From positions 3,085 through 67,084 of the IMG/VR virus record IMGVR_UViG_3300037322_000296: a DNA stretch of 64,000 nt, one strand, 5' to 3'. Source of the DNA: a virus. A program made the translations under genes and the position numbers. Within the stretch, counting starts at the first letter, position 1, and every line of letters begins with the position of its first letter. Below are positions 1 through 10,452 of this stretch, piece by piece. Below the pieces are notes generated by a model. It was not told where the DNA came from, ran no database searches, and worked only from the letters and a program-made list of their open reading frames with translations.

Positions 1-2
1 AT

Positions 3-209
3 AAAAACGTATCTCAAGGAAATGCTTGTGCTATTAATTCAGGAAATGCAGTTACTCAATATATTGACACAAGTTCATTTACTTCGGCATCTAATTTATA
101 TCAAGATATTAATGGACTTTATAATGCTTCTTATGGATATTATACAAACGGAAGTTTATACAGACTTTGGGATGGATTTGCATTTATAGGCGCAACAACA
201 ACTTGTTAA
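3..209 (+). CDS. C-terminal fragment of a probable virion structural protein (5' end outside window)
   Basis: Open frame from base 3 to TAA at 207-209 (...YGYYTNGSLYRLWDGFAFIGATTTC*), upstream of the packaging module. Confidence 0.55.
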   Translation, partial: KNVSQGNACAINSGNAVTQYIDTSSFTSASNLYQDINGLYNASYGYYTNGSLYRLWDGFAFIGATTTC

Positions 210-219
210 AAAAAATAAA

Positions 220-465
220 ATGGCAAATAAAATTAGAAAATTATCAATTGGTGCGGAAATAAAAGAACGATTCCATTATATTGTAGAAGAAAGTAAAGCA
301 GTCTATAACGCTACGATAAATGGAAAACAAGACCGATTCAGTTTAGTAGCAATAGAAGAAACAGAAAATCATTTCCTTCTTTACTTAAAAAGCGGGGATG
401 AAGTTCATCTTTGGAAGAAAGAACCTAAAAATGAATTTACAGCAATCGAATATTTTTTAGATTAA
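220..465 (+). CDS. hypothetical phage protein
   Basis: 81-aa ORF, A-rich leader, tightly packed with next gene. Confidence 0.7.
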   Translation: MANKIRKLSIGAEIKERFHYIVEESKAVYNATINGKQDRFSLVAIEETENHFLLYLKSGDEVHLWKKEPKNEFTAIEYFLD

Positions 466-469
466 TACT

Positions 470-1018
470 ATGCGTTCACCATTCAAATTTATAATATCAC
501 CAATAAATAACGAGCAATATGTTAATCAGATTGGTGGGTTAATAGTAAACACAAGCATAGAAGAAGCCGAAGATGTTCAAAGAATTGGAGAGGTAATATC
601 TATTCCTTTTGGATATACAGGCTTTATTAAAATAGGAGATTTAGTTGTTGTTCAACATAATGTATTTAGAATAACTTTTAATGACCAAGGAGTTCCTATG
701 CAGTCTGATAATCATATTTTAGATAATAAATTTGGTGTAACTGCTGATATTATTTATATGGTAATTAGAAACGGAGAGAAAATGTCAAGCGATAATTATA
801 TTTTTGTAGAGCCTATTGTAGAAGATGATTTTTGGACAGGAAAAAATACATTGAAAAACGAAGGAATTGCTAGATACATAAATCCAAAAATAGAAAGTCA
901 AGGTGTTTCAAAAGGTTCAAGAATCTCTTTTGGCAACTATGGGAACTACTTATTTGAAATATTTGGAGAAAAACTATATATGATAAGGAATAAAAAAATA
1001 ATGTCTGTATTAGGCTAA
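470..1018 (+). CDS. GroES-like (co-chaperonin fold) phage protein, probably two domains
   Basis: GLIVNT...RIGEVISIP...IKIGDLVVV pattern resembles Cpn10; second half (YIFVEPI...GIARY...GVSKGSRISF...LYMIR) resembles a second copy. Confidence 0.55.
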   Translation: MRSPFKFIISPINNEQYVNQIGGLIVNTSIEEAEDVQRIGEVISIPFGYTGFIKIGDLVVVQHNVFRITFNDQGVPMQSDNHILDNKFGVTADIIYMVIRNGEKMSSDNYIFVEPIVEDDFWTGKNTLKNEGIARYINPKIESQGVSKGSRISFGNYGNYLFEIFGEKLYMIRNKKIMSVLG

Positions 1019-1020
1019 AA

Positions 1021-1048
1021 AAGACCTCTCTTAATCGGGAGGTTTTTT
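1021..1048 (+). terminator. intrinsic terminator
   Basis: gacctctc-loop-gggaggtt followed by T-run directly after stop codon. Confidence 0.65.
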
Positions 1049-1064
1049 CATTTGTATTAATACG

Positions 1065-1072
1065 TATCTTTG
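1065..1072 (+). promoter_or_regulatory. Bacteroidota sigma-A -7 element (TATCTTTG)
   Basis: Matches TAnnTTTG with TTTG about 10 bp upstream; 26 bp before terminase ATG. Confidence 0.6.
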
Positions 1073-1097
1073 ACATTATATTTTAAATCTAAATTAA

Positions 1098-3752
1098 ATG
1101 GTAGGATTAAGCTCAGATATTGAAATCGCTATAAAGGATTCTATTGAAGGAATGAATCTAAGCGTTAATGTTTTAAACGTTGACGATGATAAATTAGAAA
1201 AATTGATGAAGTCAAGATTAGATTCTTTTTCATCAATAAAACACATGATTAAACTTTGGCAAGAAAGTCCAAATTCTCCAAGTCAAGAAAAGCTACGTAG
1301 GTATTCAAAAGATTTAATAAAGTCAGGAGAAAACTCTATTGATGTATTAAGACAAGCATTAAGAAAAAAAATATCTTTTAGTGAATTACACGCTGAACAA
1401 TATGGTGCTGCAATTAAATCTAAACCAATTATATTTCGTGCTATAACCGAAATAAACTCAGGAGTAATATCTTTAAAACTCCAATTAGATGCAGGACTAT
1501 TAGACTTTAAGGAAAGAGAATTTAAACGTTCGTTTCCTGAGAAATTTGCAAATCAAGAATTTTACCCAGAAAAAGACTATCATAAAGAGTGGTATGATGA
1601 GAAAAAAGATAGCGTAATTCTTTGCCCTTTTGGAACTAAGGGTAATATGATAACGCTTGACGGACTTAACATTACATTGCCAATTCCTCCAAAAAACAAA
1701 GAAGATATTTTATTTAGCAATTTACCAATAGAAGAACAATATTGGAGAAGAATTGAATTGCCATCAGGACTAACTCTTGAGAACGAAGATATGTACTATG
1801 AGTTCATTATGAATGAATTTAGACGAAGAAGGGAAGGAATATTTTTTATGAATAAAGGAGAAGTAGTTTACCTAACTCCTGCTCATTATATGGCTTTACA
1901 GCACGTAAAAATGCTTGACGATGGTTCGTATATGGATTTTAGATACGCACAATTAAATATGTTTTACTTTACAAAAGCTTGCGTACTTGACAAAAGATGT
2001 TTGGGCGAATTTTTTGTAAAATCCCGTAGAACAGGATTTACATACCAAATTATTTGTGAGATGATAAATGACGGAACAAGTATGTCAAATTCAAAATTCG
2101 GTATAATATCTAAAACGGGAGATGATGCACAAGAAGCATTTCTTAAAATGACTTATGGTATTCAGAATTTACCGTTCTTTTTTATTCCTGTTGTTAAAGG
2201 AAAAATAGATAGCAAAACCGAAGTTGAGTTTTCAAAACCTTCTGATTCAACCAAAATATCAAAAAAGAAAAAAGATAACAATACAGATGATTATCTTAAT
2301 ACACTAATGAATTGGAAAACTACTACTGAATCCGCTTATGATGGACAAAAAATGAAACGCTTGTTAGTTGATGAAGCATCAAAGCCATTACCACCATTTT
2401 CTTTAGAAACTTATTGGGGTAGGGTATCTCCAACTGTAGAAAATGGAGGAAGAATTGTGGGTAAAATATATGTAGGAAGTACCGTAAACCCAATGAAGTC
2501 AGGTGGATTAGCTTTCTTAAAAATGTATAAAGGCTCAATTGTTTCTAAGCGAGATGTACACACTAAAAGAACTGCAACAGGATTATACGCATACTTTCTT
2601 CCGGCACATCTAAATATGGAATTATTTACAGACAGATATGGTGTTTGTCATACAGTAGTTATTCCTGGTGATTATTTTATAAATGTTTATGGAGATAAAA
2701 TATACGAAGGTTCAATTCAATTTTTAGAAAACAAAAGACGTTCAAAAAGGAAACAATCTGATATTCTTTACAATGAGGAATTACGAGCTTTTCCTATGAC
2801 CATAGAAGAAGCCTTTAGAGATGAAAGTAAAGGAAGTTTATTTAACTTAGAAAAGATAAACGATCAAGTTTCTTACAACGACAGCGGAAATATAGAAGAC
2901 ACAATAGTTCGAGGTAATTTTGAATGGGAAGGTGGAATTAAAGATACTTTAGTTGTTTGGCGACCAAGTTCAAAAGGTAGATTTTTAATATCTTGGTTAC
3001 CTCCAAAGGAAATGCAAAATAAATGGATTGAAAAAAATAACATTTTTGGTGGTAGAAGTAAGCATCCTATAAACGAAGATGTAGGTTGTTTTGGAGCAGA
3101 TACTTACGATATTGATTCTACAGCGGGAAGTAAATTAGAAAATACTGAAAATGGTTCTGAATATAATTTAGGTTCAAAAGGTGCAATTAGTGGAGTTACG
3201 AGTTTTTCAATGAAAAATATTCCTAGTAATTTCTTCTTTTTAGAATACATAGCAAGACCACAATCGGCAGAGATATTTTTTGAAGATGCCTTAATGTGTT
3301 GCGTTTTTTACGGAATGCCTATGTTGATAGAAAGTAATAAGGCTCGAATGCTTTATCACTTTAAAAACAGAGGGTATAGAGGGTTTTCACTTAGCAGGTT
3401 TGACAAAGAAACTAACAGACTTTCTCCAACAGAAAAATTGCTTGGTGGAGTGCCTTCAAATAGTGCAGACGTAATATCTATGCATGCGTCTGCAATAGAA
3501 GCCTACATTAATAAATATGTTGGTTTTTATGAGCAAGGAGATGATTTATACCTAGTGCGAGAAGAAAATGAAATCGGTTCAATGCCGTTTAATAGAACTT
3601 TAAGAGATTGGGCGGGATTTAACATCGGAAAACGTACAGACTTTGATATATCTATTGCTTCGGGGTATGCATTGATGGGTGTTAACAGAAAATCATACAA
3701 AGCGCAATTACCTACAAAACAACCAATTCAATTTAAGATTAGAACGTATTAA
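1098..3752 (+). CDS. terL: terminase large subunit with N-terminal extension
   Basis: Walker A KSRRTGFT, Walker B LLVDEASK, motif III GST, nuclease FGADTYD and FDISIASG; directly upstream of portal. Confidence 0.92.
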   Translation: MVGLSSDIEIAIKDSIEGMNLSVNVLNVDDDKLEKLMKSRLDSFSSIKHMIKLWQESPNSPSQEKLRRYSKDLIKSGENSIDVLRQALRKKISFSELHAEQYGAAIKSKPIIFRAITEINSGVISLKLQLDAGLLDFKEREFKRSFPEKFANQEFYPEKDYHKEWYDEKKDSVILCPFGTKGNMITLDGLNITLPIPPKNKEDILFSNLPIEEQYWRRIELPSGLTLENEDMYYEFIMNEFRRRREGIFFMNKGEVVYLTPAHYMALQHVKMLDDGSYMDFRYAQLNMFYFTKACVLDKRCLGEFFVKSRRTGFTYQIICEMINDGTSMSNSKFGIISKTGDDAQEAFLKMTYGIQNLPFFFIPVVKGKIDSKTEVEFSKPSDSTKISKKKKDNNTDDYLNTLMNWKTTTESAYDGQKMKRLLVDEASKPLPPFSLETYWGRVSPTVENGGRIVGKIYVGSTVNPMKSGGLAFLKMYKGSIVSKRDVHTKRTATGLYAYFLPAHLNMELFTDRYGVCHTVVIPGDYFINVYGDKIYEGSIQFLENKRRSKRKQSDILYNEELRAFPMTIEEAFRDESKGSLFNLEKINDQVSYNDSGNIEDTIVRGNFEWEGGIKDTLVVWRPSSKGRFLISWLPPKEMQNKWIEKNNIFGGRSKHPINEDVGCFGADTYDIDSTAGSKLENTENGSEYNLGSKGAISGVTSFSMKNIPSNFFFLEYIARPQSAEIFFEDALMCCVFYGMPMLIESNKARMLYHFKNRGYRGFSLSRFDKETNRLSPTEKLLGGVPSNSADVISMHASAIEAYINKYVGFYEQGDDLYLVREENEIGSMPFNRTLRDWAGFNIGKRTDFDISIASGYALMGVNRKSYKAQLPTKQPIQFKIRTY

Positions 3753-3794
3753 ATATAAAAAAATAGTAAATTATAAAACACTACCATTTTTTAT

Positions 3795-3802
3795 TATCTT
3801 TG
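3795..3802 (+). promoter_or_regulatory. -7 promoter element (TATCTTTG)
   Basis: TAnnTTTG 20 bp before portal ATG. Confidence 0.6.
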
Positions 3803-3822
3803 TTACAAATATTTAGTAACCA

Positions 3823-6258
3823 ATGGATAACCAAAATAAGACTTTAGAGATTTCTCCAACTATAATGTTTCCTAGCCAATTAGATTCTTTTGAAAATAAA
3901 AAAAAGAAAGCTTGGGGATTAAGATTGGCGCAAACGATTGTTAGTGATTGGTTTTACGGAAAAAATATTACCGATAACTCAATGTCTAAGTTTTTTACAC
4001 AACGTAATGAATTTATAGAACGTAGGCTGTATGCAAAAGGATTGCAATCTATGGACAAATATAAAGAATCATTTACTTCAGATGGAGATAAATCTTTCTT
4101 AAATCTTTCTACTAAGCCAATTAGTATTATTCCAAAAAATGTAAATATTATAGTTAACGGAATGTGCGACAGAGGTTATTCTATACGAGCAACCGCAATA
4201 GATGTTTTATCTACTAACGAACGAATTGCTTATAGAAGAAGAATTGAAGACGATCAAAATACTAAAGACTTTATAATTGCTGCCAAAGAAAAATTAGGAA
4301 TTGATGTTGGAAATATGCCGGTTGAACAAATACCTGAATCAAAAGAGGAATTAGATTTACACATGCAATTGGAATACAAACAGTCAATAGAAATTTCAGA
4401 AGAATTAGCTATTGACCATACAATGAAAGAAAACTTTTTTGAAGAGATAATTGACAGAACTATTAAAACTGATTTAACTATTTTAGGTGTTGCATGGGTT
4501 AAGCATAAGTTTTGTAAAGAAAAAGGAATAGTTTTAGAATCGGTAAATCCCGAAAATAAAATTCAATCGTATTCAGATGATAAATATTTTAGAGATTGTT
4601 TTTATCATGGTGAATATAAAGTAGTTCCTATTAGCGAAGTTTTAGTAGAATTTCAATGGTTAAATGAAGAAGAACACGCAGAAGAAAGAAAACAATTAGA
4701 AAGTTCTGCAACTCAATGGTGGGATTATAATAGAATTACAGAAAACGAAAGGATAAAAGGAACGGTTAATTTATTGTATTTTACCTACAAAACTACTCGT
4801 GATAAAGTAAAAAAAGTAATTGATACTGAAACGGGCGGAAAAGAAGTTGGCGAATTTACCGAAGGGAAAAACAAGAAAAAAGACTTTAGAAAATATAAAA
4901 CTGTTACAAGAACAGAAGAGGTATTGATGGAAGGAGTACTTGTTTTAGGCACTAATATTCTTTTAAAGTGGGAACTTTCTGAGAATATGTCAAGACCTAA
5001 ATCAAACAAACAAAAAGTAATTGACCAATATATAGGAGTTGCTCCTGAGAAAGAAAAAGGCTACATAGATTCTTCAGTAGCTAGAATGATTCCAATAGAA
5101 GATAAATTAAACGTTTTAGAGTTAAAAGCCGAACAAATAATTCAAGCAATTCAACCAGACGGTTTTATTATCGATCCAGATTCAATGGCGGAATTAGACA
5201 TGGGTGGTGGAAATATATTAACTGTTCAAAACCAAATGGATATGTTTTGGCAAACAGGTAGTGTTTTTGCTAGAAGTTACGGAGCTAATGGCGATCCAAT
5301 TTACTCAAAACCAATTAGCGAATTAAGAACAGGAGATTCTTTAAATAAATTACAAGCCTTACGTAACGAAAGAGAAGGCTATATGAATTTAATGCGTGAT
5401 GTTGTAGGCTTAAACAAGGCTTCTGATGCATCAACTCCTGATAAAGAATCTTTAGTAGGAATACAAAAATTAGCGGCTTTAAGTAGCAACATGGCGACTA
5501 GGCATATTTTAGATGGTGCTTGTTTTATGACTAAATTATTGGCTCAAGGAATTAGTTACAGACTTGCCGACTTGCTTAAATACTCAGATTTAAAAGAAGA
5601 CCTTGCTAGAATAATTGGAGCAACAGCCGTAGCTGATTTAGAAGAAATTAAGTCATTACATTTATACGATTTTGGTATCCATTTAGATTTACATTTAGAC
5701 CACGAAGAAAAAGCTAAATTAGAAATAGATTTATCAAACGAAATCGCAAATAAAACTTTGAGTTTTTCTGACAAGTATAAAATTTTGTCTATTCCTAACT
5801 TTAAGTATGCGGTAAATTACGCTTCTATTCTGCGTGAGAAAAGAATGAAAGAAATAGAAAAGTCTGAGATGGCTAAAATACAAGCAAATACAGAATCACA
5901 ATCTGCAATATCTCAAAACGCAGAAGCTTCAAAGCAACAAACCGCTCAAATTATTGGAAATATAGAAATGCAAAAACAAGCAATGATTAATGAAGGCTTG
6001 ATTGCAAAAGAAAGAATTAAGGCAGAAGAAGAAAGACTTACTTTACAAACTAAATTTAATGGAGATTATCAAATAGCCAATTTAAACGCAAGTTCTCAAT
6101 CTAACAAGGTAAACATCATAGAAGACAGAAAAGATGAAAGAGGCGTTGCTGAAGCCACAAGAGATTCTAAAAAAATAAAGCAAAGACAATCTGACGGAGA
6201 ACCGATTGATTTTGAATCAGAAGAGCAACAAAACAGAATTTTTGAATTAGAAGATTAA
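3823..6258 (+). CDS. portal protein
   Basis: 811 aa, follows terL, long C-terminal Q/E/K coiled coil as in podovirus portals. Confidence 0.85.
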   Translation: MDNQNKTLEISPTIMFPSQLDSFENKKKKAWGLRLAQTIVSDWFYGKNITDNSMSKFFTQRNEFIERRLYAKGLQSMDKYKESFTSDGDKSFLNLSTKPISIIPKNVNIIVNGMCDRGYSIRATAIDVLSTNERIAYRRRIEDDQNTKDFIIAAKEKLGIDVGNMPVEQIPESKEELDLHMQLEYKQSIEISEELAIDHTMKENFFEEIIDRTIKTDLTILGVAWVKHKFCKEKGIVLESVNPENKIQSYSDDKYFRDCFYHGEYKVVPISEVLVEFQWLNEEEHAEERKQLESSATQWWDYNRITENERIKGTVNLLYFTYKTTRDKVKKVIDTETGGKEVGEFTEGKNKKKDFRKYKTVTRTEEVLMEGVLVLGTNILLKWELSENMSRPKSNKQKVIDQYIGVAPEKEKGYIDSSVARMIPIEDKLNVLELKAEQIIQAIQPDGFIIDPDSMAELDMGGGNILTVQNQMDMFWQTGSVFARSYGANGDPIYSKPISELRTGDSLNKLQALRNEREGYMNLMRDVVGLNKASDASTPDKESLVGIQKLAALSSNMATRHILDGACFMTKLLAQGISYRLADLLKYSDLKEDLARIIGATAVADLEEIKSLHLYDFGIHLDLHLDHEEKAKLEIDLSNEIANKTLSFSDKYKILSIPNFKYAVNYASILREKRMKEIEKSEMAKIQANTESQSAISQNAEASKQQTAQIIGNIEMQKQAMINEGLIAKERIKAEEERLTLQTKFNGDYQIANLNASSQSNKVNIIEDRKDERGVAEATRDSKKIKQRQSDGEPIDFESEEQQNRIFELED

Positions 6259-6276
6259 TCACTAAATCATAATAAA

Positions 6277-6537
6277 ATGGAAAAAAAAGAAACGGTAACG
6301 CAGAAGAAAGTAGCGGTAAAAAAGGTAAAAAAGGCTAAGGTAAATAAAGAAATCCCAACAAGAGTACAATTAGTACAAGATGGAATTGATTTTAAGTCGG
6401 AAGGAAATAACATCTATTTTGATGTTAAAAAACTAAAAACAAAGTATAACTTTCTAACAAATTTTGAATTTGACGAGAAGGAATTTGAAGATGGTTTTAT
6501 TGGTGTTAAACTGCAAGATTTACAGATTAAAGAATAA
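6277..6537 (+). CDS. hypothetical protein
   Basis: 86-aa ORF followed by terminator. Confidence 0.65.
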   Translation: MEKKETVTQKKVAVKKVKKAKVNKEIPTRVQLVQDGIDFKSEGNNIYFDVKKLKTKYNFLTNFEFDEKEFEDGFIGVKLQDLQIKE

Positions 6538-6539
6538 TA

Positions 6540-6568
6540 AAAAAGCTCTCATAATTGGGAGCTTTTTT
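6540..6568 (+). terminator. intrinsic terminator
   Basis: aaaaagctctc-ataatt-gggagcttttt hairpin. Confidence 0.7.
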
Positions 6569-6777
6569 AATGTAATACGATAATTTAATAGCATTATGAA
6601 AGATACCTTTTAAAGAACTATTAGGGAAACAATCATTACCGCAATCGACTATCTATACCGAGATAGATTAATTCTCCTTAAAAGATGACTGTAAAGAACA
6701 AATCTAATAAAATTATACTCATAAAAACAATAATTTCTAAAAATAATATAGGAATGTCTTTTGTGATAAACTTTTTA

Positions 6778-6785
6778 TATCTTTG
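6778..6785 (+). promoter_or_regulatory. -7 promoter element (TATCTTTG)
   Basis: TAnnTTTG with TTTG upstream, ahead of scaffold/capsid operon. Confidence 0.6.
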
Positions 6786-6822
6786 TAGTTCAAAATACAT
6801 TTTAAATTTAATCTAAATAGCT

Positions 6823-7893
6823 ATGCCACAAGACGAAGAAATTCCGGAAGTAATAATTGACGAAACTAAAACTTCGACTGATGAAATAATTCAGCCTTGG
6901 AAATTAGTTGGAGAAGAATACGAATCACCTATTCAACAAGAAGTGGTTTTAGAAGAGAAGGAAGTTATAATTCCTGAAGCAGTAGAAGAAGAAGTTATAG
7001 AAAAAGAAGTTCCTTTAGTTATTGATGATAATTCAGTATTAAGTTACTTAAAAGAAAAAGGGTTTAACGCAGAAACTTTGGAGGATTTAAAACCTAAAGA
7101 AATTGCTAAATTAGATTCTGAAACTCAAAAGTATTTGGAGTATAAAAAAGATACAAATCGTTCTTACTCAGATTTTTTAGAAACACAAAAAGATTGGAGT
7201 ACGGCAGAAAAAGAAGACATCTTATTGCAGAATTTAAAATTGGAAAATCCAACATTAAATACAAAGCAAATAGATAGATTATATCAAAGAGAATATGGTT
7301 ATGATGCTGAGTTTGATGATGATGATGTCATTACAGACAAACAGATTAACATAGAGAAAGACTATCAAAAAGGATTAGTAAAACTAGAAGGTCAAAAAGA
7401 AAAGTACAAAGTAGTCAAAGGTTTTGACGAAACGATACCAGAAGATTTTCGAAATGCTAAAGAATTTTCAGATAACTTTCAAAAACAACAAGAAGAAAAT
7501 AAAGTTGCTTACGAACAGACAGCAAAAGATTTTCAAGAAAAAACAGATGAAGTTTATTCTAAAGATTTTGAAGGTTTCAAAGTCAAAATAGGAGAAGACG
7601 AATTTACTGTTAAACCTGAAAATTTAGAATCAAGTAAAAAAAATCTGTCTGATTTAAACAATTTTAACGACAAGTTCTTTGACCAAACCGGAAAACTAAA
7701 AGATGCAAATGGATATTACAAAGCATTACACTTTGCAATGAATCCTGATAAAGTTGCCGAACATTTTATTAAAATTGGAATGTCTAAGCAATTAGAGAAT
7801 GATGAAAAAGAATCTAAAAACATAACTGTTTCAGGTTCTAAAAACATTCAAACAGGAAGTCCGATAGTTAAATGGAACGTGGTAAAAGAATAA
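6823..7893 (+). CDS. capsid scaffolding protein (putative)
   Basis: Very acidic, helical 356-aa protein between portal and major capsid. Confidence 0.7.
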   Translation: MPQDEEIPEVIIDETKTSTDEIIQPWKLVGEEYESPIQQEVVLEEKEVIIPEAVEEEVIEKEVPLVIDDNSVLSYLKEKGFNAETLEDLKPKEIAKLDSETQKYLEYKKDTNRSYSDFLETQKDWSTAEKEDILLQNLKLENPTLNTKQIDRLYQREYGYDAEFDDDDVITDKQINIEKDYQKGLVKLEGQKEKYKVVKGFDETIPEDFRNAKEFSDNFQKQQEENKVAYEQTAKDFQEKTDEVYSKDFEGFKVKIGEDEFTVKPENLESSKKNLSDLNNFNDKFFDQTGKLKDANGYYKALHFAMNPDKVAEHFIKIGMSKQLENDEKESKNITVSGSKNIQTGSPIVKWNVVKE

Positions 7894-7960
7894 GTCATTT
7901 CTTAGTGTTGATAATGCGATAAAAAAAGGTAAAAACAACAACACAAAAAATTAAGAAACT

Positions 7961-9271
7961 ATGGCATTACAAGCTATTCCAGGAGTACAATATACTCCAT
8001 CTCCAACCAAAGTTCCTACTCCACAGAATTATATTTCTAATTCTGAGTACAACTTACTAACTCAGTACATTCCTGAATTAGAAGCTCAAATTTCCGATGG
8101 TTACGGATCACAAATGGTTACAGGTATGATTGCTGCATTAGGAAAAGAATCTCCTTTCCAAGCAGATTTAATCAAATGGAACGAAGAAGGTCGTCTTGAC
8201 CAATTAGCAACAGGTGTTGCTCGTACAGGTAATGTATTTACAACTGCTGCCCATACTTTTAGAGAAAATGACACAATTGTAGTAAGAGATGCGGCAGGTG
8301 CTGTATTAAGAAAAGGACAAGTTACTGCGACTACAACAGGTGGATTTACTGCATTATGTGGTAATGACTTGGGTTGGACTTTAGTAGGAACTACAGGTTT
8401 AGTAGTTTATACTTTCAGTAATGAGTACGCAAAAGGTTCTGAGTTTGTTGGCGGTGGTTTAACTAGCCAAGTAAAGCAGTACACTCAAAAGCCAATTATT
8501 ATTAGAGAAATAATTGAAGAAAGTCGCTCAAACTTAGCTTTAAGAACATGGGTTGATACAGGTTCAGGTTTCTTATGGTACTTTAAAAATCTTGAAGACA
8601 CTAAAAAACGTTTTGACAACAAAATTGAAAACCAACTTATCTTAGGAGAAAATTGGGGTGGAGATTTGGCTGCTGCTGGAGTTCAAGGTTCTGAAGGTTT
8701 ATTTGCTGCTGCTGAAGAAGGAAATGTATTTGCAGGTCCTGTTGTAGATTTGAACGATAGAGATGAATTGATTGACAGATTAAACGCTCAAGGTCATATC
8801 TCTGAGAACTATGAATATGCCACTTCTGCTCAAAACAGATTAACGGACAGAATGCTTCAAGCAGAAAACGTTACAGGTTCTTCTTGGGGTGCATTTGACA
8901 ACAAGGAAACAGGTATTAAATTAGGGTTTAAAGATTTTAATTATGGAAACTACAATTTCTATAAGTCTAATTGGAGATTCTTAGACCACGTTACAGGAGA
9001 AGGTTCTGCGGTAGGAGCTACTAAAGTTCATGGTATTTTAATTCCGTCTGCATCTAAAAAGGTGTACGACATAATGGAAGGAAAAGAAGCAACTGTTCCA
9101 ATGTTACACGTTAAGTATCGTGCATCTCAATCAGTTAATCGTAAGTACGAAATGACTGTTAGAGATTGGGCAACAGGTACGAACAGAAAAGATGTTAGAG
9201 AAACTGAATTCTTAACAGAAAAAGCCTTAATGGTTTCAGGAAGAAACAATCTTGTTATCTACAAAGGATAA
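7961..9271 (+). CDS. major capsid protein
   Basis: 436 aa, after scaffold, biased codon usage typical of highly expressed genes, followed by strong terminator. Confidence 0.85.
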   Translation: MALQAIPGVQYTPSPTKVPTPQNYISNSEYNLLTQYIPELEAQISDGYGSQMVTGMIAALGKESPFQADLIKWNEEGRLDQLATGVARTGNVFTTAAHTFRENDTIVVRDAAGAVLRKGQVTATTTGGFTALCGNDLGWTLVGTTGLVVYTFSNEYAKGSEFVGGGLTSQVKQYTQKPIIIREIIEESRSNLALRTWVDTGSGFLWYFKNLEDTKKRFDNKIENQLILGENWGGDLAAAGVQGSEGLFAAAEEGNVFAGPVVDLNDRDELIDRLNAQGHISENYEYATSAQNRLTDRMLQAENVTGSSWGAFDNKETGIKLGFKDFNYGNYNFYKSNWRFLDHVTGEGSAVGATKVHGILIPSASKKVYDIMEGKEATVPMLHVKYRASQSVNRKYEMTVRDWATGTNRKDVRETEFLTEKALMVSGRNNLVIYKG

Positions 9272-9290
9272 TATTATTATGTAATACCCT

Positions 9291-9326
9291 AATAAGGCTT
9301 GTTGTAATAGCAAGCCTTATTTTTTT
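9291..9326 (+). terminator. intrinsic terminator
   Basis: aataaggcttg...caagccttatt plus T-run. Confidence 0.8.
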
Positions 9327-9351
9327 AAATAAAAATTAAAATCAAATCAAA

Positions 9352-10350
9352 ATGGAAAACACAGAAGAAAAGAAGCATTGGAAAACTATTGAAAAGGAAG
9401 AAAAGGAAAAATTAGCATTGGCAGAAAATCCTCAAGAAACCGAAGTAAAAGAAGCTACCATTCCAATATCTCAGGTAGAAGAAATGATGGCAAGGCTAAA
9501 AGAAGATATTTTAGCAAATCTACCAACTCAGCAACCAAAAAAAGCTGAAGAAAAAATGGCGTACAAGCAATTAAATGTACAAGAAGAAAACTTTGATGAA
9601 ATCCCAGGCTTAGAAGATTTTGAAATTAAAGACAGAATGTATGTTTTGTGTAATAACGCAAAGCCTTTAACACAAGGGATTAAGAATAGAAGTAGACCTA
9701 ATAGTCCTTTGACTTATTTAAACCCAAGAACAAAAAAAACACATTCTTTAAGATACTCTATAAATCAAGTATCATTCTTTGAGGACCAACAATCAGGAGA
9801 TGTTAGGGTAACAACTATTCTTACTAGAGATGGTATGTTGAAAACCACAAGAGATGAAATTCCTTTACAAAAATTCTTGTCTATACACCCTGACAACGTG
9901 GTTAATGGGGGTTCTGTTTTTGAAGAATACGATCCTGTAAAAGAAGCTTCTATTGACTTAGAAAAGGAAGATAAATTATACGAAGCTCAAACTTTGGTTC
10001 GTTCAATTAACGAATTAAAAAAAGATGCTATTGCAAGATTAATGTGTTCTGATTATAATGAAAGCTGGAGTTCTGCGGAATTAAAGCGTTCTTTATTTAG
10101 TGCGGTTGTTAAAAGTCCTGAGAAATTCTTGACGTTAGTAAACGACACTTCATTAGAAGTAAAAGGAATCTCAAAAACTGCTTTGGCAAGAGGTGTTATT
10201 AGTTATTCAAACTACAAATGGTACAACGAAAATAAAGAAGTAATTGCAGAAGTTTCAAGAAACGAAGACGAATTTGACGCTATTGCTACTTATTTACTTT
10301 CAGGAAAAGGACTTTCTTACTACGAATTTTTGAAAAATGCAATTGGATAA
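9352..10350 (+). CDS. conserved phage protein in structural module
   Basis: 332-aa ORF immediately after the capsid gene. Confidence 0.7.
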   Translation: MENTEEKKHWKTIEKEEKEKLALAENPQETEVKEATIPISQVEEMMARLKEDILANLPTQQPKKAEEKMAYKQLNVQEENFDEIPGLEDFEIKDRMYVLCNNAKPLTQGIKNRSRPNSPLTYLNPRTKKTHSLRYSINQVSFFEDQQSGDVRVTTILTRDGMLKTTRDEIPLQKFLSIHPDNVVNGGSVFEEYDPVKEASIDLEKEDKLYEAQTLVRSINELKKDAIARLMCSDYNESWSSAELKRSLFSAVVKSPEKFLTLVNDTSLEVKGISKTALARGVISYSNYKWYNENKEVIAEVSRNEDEFDAIATYLLSGKGLSYYEFLKNAIG

Positions 10351-10374
10351 CAATTAGCAAATGCTTAATATTTT

Positions 10375-10404
10375 AAAAGCCACTCTATTACGAGTGGCTT
10401 TTTT
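10375..10404 (+). terminator. intrinsic terminator
   Basis: aaaagccactc-tattac-gagtggctttt. Confidence 0.8.
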
Positions 10405-10427
10405 ATTACTTATTACTTATTATTAAT

Positions 10428-10435
10428 TATCTTTG
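10428..10435 (+). promoter_or_regulatory. -7 promoter element (TATCTTTG)
   Basis: TAnnTTTG after terminator, before tail operon. Confidence 0.6.
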
Positions 10436-10452
10436 TCATTAAAATAACTACA

